Origin: Paramecium tetraurelia
Lineage: Eukaryota
Length of the DNA: 64,000 nt
Assembly (NCBI GenBank): GCA_000165425.1
Contig: CT868185.1
Coordinates: 124,001 to 188,000, forward strand
Reading direction: 5' to 3'
Shown here one piece after another: positions 40,618-52,006 of this stretch. The position numbers were made by a program, and so were the translations under genes. The number at the start of each line of letters is the position of its first letter. The first letter of the stretch is position 1. Under the pieces are notes generated by a model that worked only from the letters and a program-made list of their open reading frames with translations, ran no database searches and was not told the DNA's origin.

Positions 40618-42946
40618 ATGTTTAAAAAATAAATGTTTTAATATAAGGTAGTAGCATTTTTTTGTCATATTAAATAAGCAGTCAAATCATTTGAATCTGA
40701 AGTGATCTCTACAGCATATTTAAGGAAAAAGGAGTTGGCAACATTAAATACAATGCTCTTTACTTTAAAGGATTAAGATAATTATTAGGAAATACGTAAA
40801 ATGATCAAGGACGTTCTGCCTCCTGTCTAAAGCATTTCAAAAATTATAGATTTGAAAGAATATTCCAGAATAGCTTATAAATTGGATATGAAGAAAGATT
40901 CTTAGATATTGGAATAGCTTTTAACTTTGATATTGCAGGATCAATTTGGTAATTTTGTATTGAAGGACAAATTGATAAAACACATAATTCAGAGCATTAA
41001 AATAAGTATGCTGGAGCCAAAAGTAAAATAGTTATTGGAATAATTGAAATTGAAGGAATCTGAAGTTCAACAGAAATATATAAATATTTATATAGACCTC
41101 ATTTAATAGAAGGTAAATTAGGGAAGGGAGAGTTCTGAATCATAGATGACTGATTAAAATGTTGTAGATTTAAACAACTAAGAATTGAAATCTGAAAAAA
41201 GAATTTAAATTCTAAATTAAATAATTTTTTCAAAATAAGTAAAGCAGAATCAATAAATTCTATTTGAACACTTTTAATAACCCAGTATTGAGGAGATTAT
41301 GATCATTTTGCCACAAATTCATTTGTTTCCAGGAAAATTAAGGTCGAATTATACAGAAATTTTGAATAAGTACCTAAATTAATTAATGGTCTCTCCAAGA
41401 GAGGAGGGTAAAGTTTTGACATAGCTGAATTAAAGTAATTAGATCTGTAAACTTAGTGATTTTAAAGAATTCTGAATTTTTTAAAAAAAGCAATATCTCT
41501 TTTATTCACATATTGAATTAGATCTAAATGTAGGGGTTGTTGGAATCTTAAATAAATTAATTATTATACTTAATCACATATTCAAATAGTTTAGATTACT
41601 TCAGATAAAATGAATAATAGTTTATAGATTATATTATCAAGAACAAAGCAGTAAATATGAGTTAGATGGTGGCTTACTTCTTCCATCTTGCATAGATTTA
41701 TAGATAGATAGGCGATTTCAAGGAAGAATTGTTAAAGTTTCAATGTACGTATTTTATGAATAACCTATCCAAATGTGATTCAAACTAATTGTTTTTGATA
41801 ATTAAATCATTAAGAGTTTGTTAGAACATTGAAGAGGTCGTTGTTTTGAATAAATAGATAGAATAGAAAATATAGGAAGGAGCATTAAATTAGAATCACG
41901 ATGCTCTTATAAATTTTGTAGCCAATAAAATCAAGTAGTCTTAGGTATTATTTATGCCTGAGACAGCAAATATGGTAACTGTGACATAGAAGAATTTTGG
42001 AGAGTGGTGTCACTTAATCTAATAAATAGGTGCACTAAAAACCCTAGAGACAGACCTAATCGATAAGTTCAAAAGATTACACATAAACTTCAGAGAGAGA
42101 TTATCATAGAATTAATTATACTATTATTTCGCCGCATAATTAATCTGTGGAGTTCATGATGAAAGATACTTTTTGGATAGAATAAATTAGACAAGACCAT
42201 TTCTATTAGTTAGGATTCTTTATGATATTGCTTAATTCCCTACACATCACTATGAAAAACTAAAGCAAAGAATCATTGAGAAGATAAAAGATACTCCAGA
42301 TTACCTGACATAAGAGTTTAGTAAATTGGACAAAGGATTATTGAGTTTCAGTATTTTGGCAGCATCACTTTTTGAAGATCAATCATTTTATAATTATTTA
42401 CTTGATAAATACAAGAGAGAAATAGAATAATTCACTGATGAATTAATATCAAACAATAAGAAGTTCCAGAGAAACAAAATAATAGGTAAGTCATCAGTTA
42501 ATTTTGTGACAAACCAATCATTGGTGCAATTTTATCAGGCTCTAAGATATCATCATTGTTTAGCCAATGAGGAATCAGGGTATCTGATAAAGTTATAGGA
42601 TCTCATTAAGGATTACAGTTTGACTCAATAGGAGATGCCTTCTTACATTGAGAGTGTGGTTGAGTCTGTTTTGAAGGAGGAGAAGGTGGAGTTTATAAGA
42701 GATTATTGTGAAGTGTTGCCGTTCAGGATAGACTTTTACATTCCGAGCAAGTAGATTGGGATTGAATGCAATGGGGTGTCTCATTATTGCTTGGATCAAT
42801 TGAGGAGAGGGGATGTTTTGAAAATGAAGGTAATAATTTGATTGTGATTGATTTAGTATTTTGAGGAGAAGCTGAATATAAAAATCAGTGTGATTCGTTC
42901 TGGTTGTGTTAATATTTAGGAAATGGTGAAAAGCATAATAAAGTGA
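40618..42946 (+). CDS. Helical-repeat protein with C-terminal RAP domain (FASTK-like, probably mitochondrial)
   Basis: Long helical frame ending in PFRIDFYIPSKQIGIECNGVSHY..DVLKMKYF, a RAP/PD-(D/E)xK-like motif; basic presequence-like start. Confidence 0.7.
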
Positions 42947-43055
42947 TTGATATTTTCATACATATATATAAGTGAGTGTTTGATTGATGACAGAAATATA
43001 TTATAAAATATATAAAGAGTATTAAGTTCATTAATTAGTCTTATTGAGTGGGGTT

Positions 43056-43220
43056 TCAAAAGGCATCGTGTTCTTGAGCAATTTAATAGCCTCTATCAAT
43101 AGAACGATAAAAGGATGCTTGAGAGAGTTGCCTGTCTGCTTGAGTGTTTGTGATGGTTTGGATTCGAACTTCGAGTTTCTATTATTATCTTGGTTTTGGT
43201 TTGCTAGTACAAATGCCCAT
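43056..43220 (-). CDS. 54-aa microprotein with N-myristoylation/palmitoylation motif
   Basis: MGICTSKPKPRQQQKLEVR...AQEHDAF-TGA; GC higher than the flanks; MGxCxS consensus. Confidence 0.55.
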
Positions 43221-43250
43221 GTTTTTAATCGTTAGTAATATTAATAATAA

Positions 43251-46200
43251 ATGAATTGCGCTGTTTGCGGATTAAATTTTGAGAGGAAAGATAAAGGATG
43301 TTAGTAAATGGAATGTTAAACAATGTAAATTGAAATATCATCGATTCTGTTATGGCTACAATAATTTGGATGGGAGTATGTGATCCTTGCTAAGACATAG
43401 CAAAGAAACCATTATGCTGTATCTGTGGATAGAAAGGTTTACTAAAACGACTCTCCGATTAAAGTGGAGTATACGTGCATGTGTCCTGTGCAATTTTCGC
43501 ACCGCATATCCAGGTGATCAATTATCATACAATGACCTTTGCTACCAAAAGTTAAATAGACAAAAAAACTAAGGAGAAATGCTCCAATTGTGGAAAAAGT
43601 GGAGCAAATATCCAATGCCTAGATTGTCAAGCTTATGCCCATCCTCATTGCATTTTTGTAGAATAAGTGGAGAAGGCCTAAGAAGACATAGAAACAGAAT
43701 AGTGGATCTTCCATTTAAAGTTTTAAGCAAACAATTAAGATCCAAATCAATTGGATGTGGAGTCAGGTGAAATTAAATGTGAGTTAAAAGAGATTCAGGA
43801 TGCCTTTTGCAATGCCCTTGACAAGTTTTAGGACAAATCCAAGAAAAGAGGAAACCAGACACAATAATACAAGGAACATGTAAAAAACATTTTGGAATCT
43901 ATTTTTGATAATTACACACTACAACAATGCAATCAACAATGGTCAGCATAGAATAAGATAGAGAGTTATTGTTAAGTGCATATGGAAAGTCATCGATTAT
44001 TTTGTATATGTCGTAAATCTTTGAATAATAAGCAAATGGTGTAATGTGATCATTGTTATGAATGGTATCATTTCGGATGTATTAAACGTAAGAATGTAAA
44101 AGATGACAGCTACATCTGTGAAGCATGTAAAGGATGGAGTGCTAAGAGAACTAAGATAGATTTGGAAGATCCCAAATTACTAAACTTTGAAGATTTGGTT
44201 GTTCCTAAGAGTGTCTACATATTACACTTGATCGACTTGCTCCCCTTGTTATTATACATTGAGTCAATCATGAAGAGATTGCCGTCCATTCCTTTAGATG
44301 AGAATGACTATAGAAATATCAAATTTTACAAACTCTTCTTGGCCTCATTACCCATCAAACCTTCCACTGTTATCCAATTAGACAAGATTTTATTGAAGGA
44401 AAAACTACAGGAAGAATTAAAATAGAAAATGCACTCTATCATACCCACCTAACTTGAATAGAGTGAGCAATTTGCAGAAGAATTAGTTAAATCTTTTAAA
44501 ATTCAAAGGCTACTACTTTGAATTGGGAGAGAACAAACTCATTAAATCATTTGTGTTGTCAAGAAAGGATATCAAAGCACAGATATAGAAAGGAATTTCT
44601 GAAGGATATTTGATGGAAGACACCTTTTAAGATTCTCAATGAAAATGTCACAGACAATCAAAAAATATTCAAATCTCCTAATGATAATCTAGGCTAACTC
44701 ATTAATAGGTACAAAGTGGCATAGCAAATCAAGACTACTTTGAGATCTTTATTTGAAGCAGAGAGAATGCAAATTGAATATCCAGTTATTGACAATCAAC
44801 TTGATTTGACCGTTTATAAATAATAGATTTTGATGAAGAATTAAAAAAATAAACCCAATAAATTGAAGTTGATGGATTTAAAGAGGATGGCCAATCATAA
44901 TAATGTGACTTTGGGATGTCTCAAGATTATTGATAAACTATTAGAGGAACTCAACGCGTTGGAATAGGAGAACGTTCAGAGTTCCTATAAGAAGATTATA
45001 GAATTCCCAGTCAATAGTGACTCTCTCATAAATTAGTTATAATCTTATTTTGATTAAGAATTTATTGATGAATTCAAAGTGGAATTGGAATTGAAGATTG
45101 AGAGTTTCTGTAGATTGACTGAAAAGGAGTACACAGGAGTGTATACATATGATAACATCCAAAAGGCTGCTAAAGACTCGATTGTAATAAGGAGTGTGTA
45201 TAATCAATTGTAAGAAATTCATTAGAAGTGTCAAACTTAAAAAAAAGTAACTATTTAATTTTGTCATGAAATATTAGATATGATGTCAAAGTGCTTATTA
45301 ACATCAACCTATATGGAAACTCAAAAGGCTAAATTCCTGAAATTCAGAGAACTCTACAAAAGGTTGAATGAATCAATCACACTGGAACAGTTGGAGGAGA
45401 TTGAACATGAATGCTTTTAACTTGGATTTGATATGGATGTAGAACAAAGGAGATCACAATTGGTCTAAGCACAGGAAATCATCCAAAATATCCAACCTAG
45501 TTTGGGTGATTCCTTGGAAGAATTCAAAAAGCTCAAGTCTCTTTAATTGGACACTTACATTAAGTAAACTGAATAGCAAATAGACTTTGTGAAATAATTA
45601 TATTATTTGGTATACAATTCATATGATACATTGCCTAAGATGATTTAGAAAGTAAAAGATATCTCAGATTTAGATTTCAATAATGAATTAATTTACAAAG
45701 TTGCAATTCCAGAAGTCGTCTATGATGAAATGAAATCAGTAGTATTAAATTTTAGATAAATCAAATGGAGATGCGAGTGCTAATTTAATCCTAGATCAAC
45801 CAAATCAAACCATGATCCAAGGGGGTAACAAAAAATATAATATCAGCCACAATAATTCAATTGTTAAATGCTGATCCCCAAAATCTAAGATCCATTCTAC
45901 ACTTAACAACTCTAGAAGATCAAGAAGGAATACGAGAGTTGGATCATCAATTTGTAGGAGTTCGAGAATCAATTGGCAGGTCAAGTTGCACCTCATTTCA
46001 ATCAGCTGATCAAATTGATCAATAAGAACCAGTATCAAGAGAACAATTTGCAAACCAAATTGTGGCAATACTACATTTAGATGCTTTGGATGCAAAAGGC
46101 AGAAGAGTTTATTGAGGCTAAGGCCAATCCCTAGGCTTACAAGACATTGATCTCCTGTGCGAACATATGCAAACATAGATTCCAACAACGTCTTATTATT

Positions 46201-48282
46201 GAAACTTAAGGACCATATCTTCATCATGGATGACTTGGGTAGAAAACTGAAGGAATATTAAGAACAACGATTTCTGTGGGTTAAGAGTAGGGAGTAGATC
46301 AACAATTTGCAATCGTATAAATCTTACTATAAGTATTTGGAAAACAAGCCAGATGCAGAGTAGATCAATCAAATATACATTCAAGCCAAAGAGTATCCAA
46401 TATTCAAAGTAAAAGACTTAGCTGAAGATCTGTAAGAAGTACGTTAGGTGTTGCAATAATATAATGACTTAGTACAAAAACAGCCAGACAATAATTTGTA
46501 CATTCAGCAATTGTAAAAGATAAGGACCTATTACTGTTGTTGTTTTTTGAAGGTTAAGAATTTCTGTGTCTAATTGATGTACAACATGATAAAGTAGTAA
46601 TCATTGAAATGTTTGAAATAATTGAATCCTACAGAGTAGATTTTACAGAGACTGGAAGAAATCAACCTTTTGGTTGCGATAGGAGGTGAAGAGTGGTTTT
46701 AAAAGTTAAGTCTGACTTACAAGGTGAAATAGGATAACATTAGCAATGCTGATTTCAAATTTATTGATTGTGTAAGAATTCATTATTATATATTTATAGA
46801 GTTTGTAAGATGATTTTGAATGGATCAGATGGATGGAAGAAAGTAGTTAGAATATAGGCGAGACTTTTGGAATTGAAACAAAAAAGCAATAGAAGGAACA
46901 AAAGATAAAGAAGAAAAAGTAATAGAACTAGAAAGTAATGGAAGGTATAACTGAAGACATGAGATAAACCTAAAGACTTGATCTCTAAGTGTGCTTTAAA
47001 AAGTGCTCAAATTGGAAACAAGTAAATGAACAATAGATACGCAATTTGGAAGCTCAGGTATTTATGGAATAGAGTTTCGATAAGGACAAGTACCTGAAAG
47101 AAATTGAAAAGATAAAAGCAGTCATTAAGCAAAATAAATAGATAGAGTAAATATTAATATTATCTTATATAGACTCAATTACGAAGAAATGAAGAAAGCA
47201 TATAAACAATATCTCAATCAGAAGAAATCAAATGGTTAATAAAGCAATAATAAATAAGCCTTGTAATTGGAGAGTATCAAAGTGATTAAGAAACAATAGT
47301 AACCTCAAGTTCCCCAAATTGTAAGTGCTTAAAAGTTAATCTCTCAACATTCAATTAAAAGCGAGCCAGAATTAGAGAAGAAGGTGAAACCTGAGGCTCC
47401 TAAACAACCCACTATTATTGCTCAACCAATTCAAATAACAAATGAGGCCCTTCTATATAATCCAGATGGATAAATAGATACACCTTGTAAAAAGTTAAAA
47501 AACTAATTGATGAGCATAGGAGAAATTAATTTGTAAATCAAGAAAAAAGTTAATGACACACGAGAATCATTTCTCATTAAACCTTCACTATTAACTTATG
47601 AACATCATATGGCCTAACACTTTCCAAAAACTGAGAATATCACAGTCACTTGTGAAACATTCTCTCCTGTTAAAGAAGTCATGGAGTATTTCACATAGAG
47701 AAAACCTGGTCAATTTAGGATGATGATTGGGTGGTTGTATTCTAAAGATCTCAATGTTGCTGGGGACTTATTTAAATTGGCAGATAAGTTGAAACACTCT
47801 AAACAATGTGTTCGAACCAAATTAGGAGATGTTGGATTGACCTTGATTTACTACGATTACTTGAATAAACTCAAACCTACCACTAAATGGATTATAATTA
47901 AGGAAGAGTTAGAGTAAATTATTGTAATATATTCTTTAGGAATCAATTAGTCATGGACAATCTAACCAAATATCATAATTTAGAGAAATTCAAACCTCAC
48001 TTATGTTTTGTGTATTACGTCAAGGACCTAAAGGATTGCACAAACACCATATTACCTCAACCTGTTCAATATATTAATGTGTTGAAACACATTCAATTCA
48101 AGAGAGTTATTGAAAATCATAAACTGCAATAGAAAAAATAATCAGGATAGTTGATTCCTTCTAAGAAAAAAGAATTAGAACCTATTTCCGATGAGGAAAA
48201 CAACAATGGATTTTAGTAGAAATAAGACGTCCATTCGATGCTCATGGAAATTCCTGGTATCCTCAGCCTGTTAAATTAATGA
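43251..48282 (+). CDS. Large chromatin reader: PHD-Zn-knuckle-ePHD, PHD, helical repeats, TFIIS-M-like and SPOC-like domains; frameshifted in this sequence
   Basis: CAVC..C..CKLKYHRFCYG..CDPC; CCICGQKGLLK..VHVSCAIF..CSNCGKSGANIQCLDC..AHPHC; FCICRK..MVQCDHCYEWYHFGC; NLEAQVFMEQSFDKDKY; needs at least four +1 corrections. Confidence 0.75.
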
Positions 48283-48377
48283 TTGATAATTTATATATAT
48301 ATTGGCAAAGGGCAATTTTTTGGTACTCTGTCTTTTATTTATTTATTATATGATAATTAATAATATATTTATTGTAA

Positions 48378-49890
48378 ATGAACCCAAAAGATTTCTTTGA
48401 GATCACTCATTACTCACTATAAGAAATTTAGTAAATTCCACCTTTCAAAAACAATCTAGGAACATTCAATAAATAAACCTATACTGTCTCATCGGCTTAG
48501 ACAGGCAAACCTCATTCTTTAAGCAAGCTCATCAATGAACCTATTTATTTTATTAATGATGGCCATTTGTATTTGGTAGGCCGAAAAGAAATATAACAAG
48601 GCAAAACATATGTAGGGTATTCTGTCCAATATTTGACACTGATTAAATACAAGGGTTTATATGAAATGGATTCCATTACAATTGAAGTATACTAAATCGT
48701 ATAATTATTTAGACAAACCTAGAGTCTCTAAAAAAGAACAAAACATATCGCTAATTATCATCCTCATATTTTGAGAGAGTCAAAGACGGATAGGAACTAT
48801 TAATCTTCAATGAAAGTAAATTAGAAGAATAGGATGAGTATTCTTTAAGTTACCTTCTGAGTTATAAGATTCAGAATTCAGCATAGCTAGTGTAAGTTAT
48901 CTTTGCTATTAAATACATAGTTAAGAATAGGTACGTCTGGAGAAAAAGTAATAACATACATTCAAGGCATTTCAACCTTTTGAGTCTCATTATTCTATGG
49001 TCAGTGAGAATGTAAGTGAATTCCTTGAATTAATTAGTTTCCGGAAGTATTTTTAGAGTATCAGTGCCTAAATGTGTCATCTTAGCCTTTGGAGATGAAG
49101 AATATTGAATTTAAAGTTGAAAATATAATGACTATTCAGAGATTGGTATCTCTTATTATTCATAAAATCTAGAAAGACTACCAATTGCCAATTGTTTTGG
49201 GTTAGGATGAATGTTTGAAAATCATTTATCGAATTCAGATAGAGACATCAGATCTGAAGGCCATCTACACTGTATTGACTTAAAAGAGTATGTTAAATTT
49301 TATTAATCTTATAGAGGATTTGACAGAGTATGATTTGAGGTTGGGATAGATTCATTTAGAATGGGGTACTTGTGGTAATTACTTTGGCACATAAAAAACT
49401 TGTTTGGTCAGGATTTATTCTATTAATCTAAGACCTGCGAAATCAATTTAAATAGAAAAAGAAGTCATCACAACAATAGAAATAGATATTGAATTGGGTA
49501 TCTTATTTGATGTCCCTTAAATTGATTTGGCTATTAAATTAGAAGAATTAGAGATGAAAGCAATTAAAATTGTTGGAATGAATTAAATGGTAATACTATT
49601 AGGTTTATATAAAATAGAAATTAAATTTTCCTCCTGGAGTAAGAACAAGAAGAATTAAATTAGATGTAGTTGCTTATAACTGTGGTGTTCATTAAATTAA
49701 AGGAATTAAGTTATATGATCCAAAAACTATGAAAAACATTTCATTTAAAAATTTTCTTTCAGTTTTTGTTGTAAACAAACAACAAAATTAAAGAACATAA
49801 TAAATTAATGCCTAGGAAGTAAATTTATTGGATTTAGAAATAAATTAACCCAAAGTAATTTAAGAAACAAATTTGCTAGATTTAATTTGA
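48378..49890 (+). CDS. TRAPPC13: TRAPP complex subunit 13 (Trs65)-like
   Basis: VFLEYQCLNVSSQPLEMKNIEF, LGQIHLEWGTCGNYFGTQKT and CGVHQIKGIKLYD..FLSVFV parallel TRAPPC13 motifs. Confidence 0.7.
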
Positions 49891-50126
49891 TAATTAAAAT
49901 ATAATTTATAATTATTTTCATTAAAAAATCAACTTACATCAATAATGAAGTATTCATATTATTTATCTTTTTTCTGAGTGCATTTTTGTTATTTTTAAGA
50001 TGTAATTACTCTGATGATCCGATTGATTGATGATAAGTCTCAATAATCTTTATACTATTTAATACTTTTAGGCAATAACATTGAATTATAAGAATATATA
50101 TTTATTTTAAGTGTTATGTGTGATAT

Positions 50127-51922
50127 TCATTTGGCTTTCAATCTCTCTGCTCTACATAAAGAACAACCTAAGGACATTTCTTATCCATTGGGCTTATGAG
50201 GAATTCCAAGTGGACATTTGCCTGGTCCTGGACATGGTTTGGTCATGTTAGTTTTGATGTTTCTATGACAAGGATCACAATAATGGGTTGTACCACTTAA
50301 CAAATAAAATTTAAATCATACTGACACCACCATAATGCTATTGAACAACAATGTCTACATTTGAAATCAATAAAATCAACTCCATGTTTTTTACATTTAT
50401 CTTCAAGAGTTAATAACGGACAGCATTTGGTGCATACCAAGTCTTCTTACTTGAATTCTACTTTAGGATCTTAATCTGCTGCTTATTAACAATTCTTTAA
50501 TCCTCCAAAATATGGCTTTTTGCATTTGAAGCATAAATAATAACAATAGATGTGCATAGCATAGTCTAAAGGTTTTTGATAAAACTAATGTGTAGGATCC
50601 AATAATTCTTTATCCTTCTCTTTTTCCTCTAATTTCAATCTCTGTAAACACAATTCCTAGACTTCCTTCAACAAAGCCTTTCCTTATTCAATAGACTTTT
50701 TGAAGTGAGGCACCTAGACATCCAAAAATTTGTTGCATAAAGGGCATTTCATAAAATTGAATACAATTCTAGGACCATTCCACTTGGCATCTAATTTTTA
50801 TCTTAAACAATCTTCATGGAATATCTAATTATGATAGTATTCATATATACATGTCCACAAGTAGTCTGAACACAAGGCTGTGATTTCAATCCTTCTGTAA
50901 AGCATATATTACAATAGTCATCTTCATTTTAATCCTTGGCACACTTCTCATTAAGACATGGCAAACAAGGAGTGTTCTTTAATCCTTAACAAAAATGTCC
51001 GCAGTTAAATTTAATAGTGCATAAATTTTTAGCTCTATTTTGACATTCTTATTATTAACAAATTGTTTATAATGCTTCAGGCTGATTCTTCTTTACTTCT
51101 GTGGGTTAATCACACAATCTGCATTTAACTGCTGCCTTATTGATTTTATATTCTTCACAAGTCATGTTTGTATGATAGGGTACACTCATGCAATTCCGAC
51201 ATTATTCTGTGTGACACTTTGAGCATTTAAATCGATTTTCAATATAATGTTTCAGTTGTTCTCCCTGTACTAATTTACCATTCTGATCCTAAATCTTCTC
51301 CTCTATATTTCCCTTCTAGAAACAGAATCGTTCTTTGCAATGACAGCACTCAATGATATTCTAAAGGGATAAATTGAGTTTCTCAGTTAATTGTTCATAA
51401 AGCTCCTTTCCTAAAATCTATTTAATCTCTTGATCCTTGAATCTCTCGCCACACACACAAGTAACATTGCTTTTCCTAGGTAGGAAGTCATCCTTACAAA
51501 TCTTTAACATGCAATCTTTGCAGAGGATGTGTGAACAATTTTCCAGATACCAGACTTTATCAAAATCTGAATTGGCTCCAAATTGTTTCTTGCACTTTTC
51601 ACATTAGACGGTTTAAGAAGGAGTCTTCTGCAAAATTGGCAATTATTATTGTGAATCTTTTGTTTTTAAATCGATACTTACAAATCATTAGCATCATATC
51701 CAATCTAGACAGATACACCTTTGCTTCTGCTCTCAATACTCTGAGTTAATCCAGACTAGCATTTTAAATGTCCTTTCTTTCAATATATTTCATAAATTCG
51801 CTGTAAGCACTGTAAACAGGACATGCATCTATGTGAATCTCCAGCTCTTTCTCACATTTGTAATTGCAAGAAAAACCGCAAGCACAAACAAAAGGTTCTT
51901 GGATTTATTAGAATTATTGCAT
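50127..51922 (-). CDS. Compact MYCBP2/Highwire-type RING-Cys-relay E3 ligase
   Basis: [107 protein letters not shown]. Confidence 0.9.
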
Positions 51923-52006
51923 AACAATTAAATATCTACCCTTTTTATGGGAAGAGACTTTTATAAATAAAAAAATAAACCAGAATATTTCAGAAAATTA
52001 TACATA

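Noticed and set aside
49920..50050. CTGA/TGATGA words suggestive of a C/D snoRNA
   Set aside because: Box order and spacing do not fit, and there is no terminal stem or recognisable rRNA guide.
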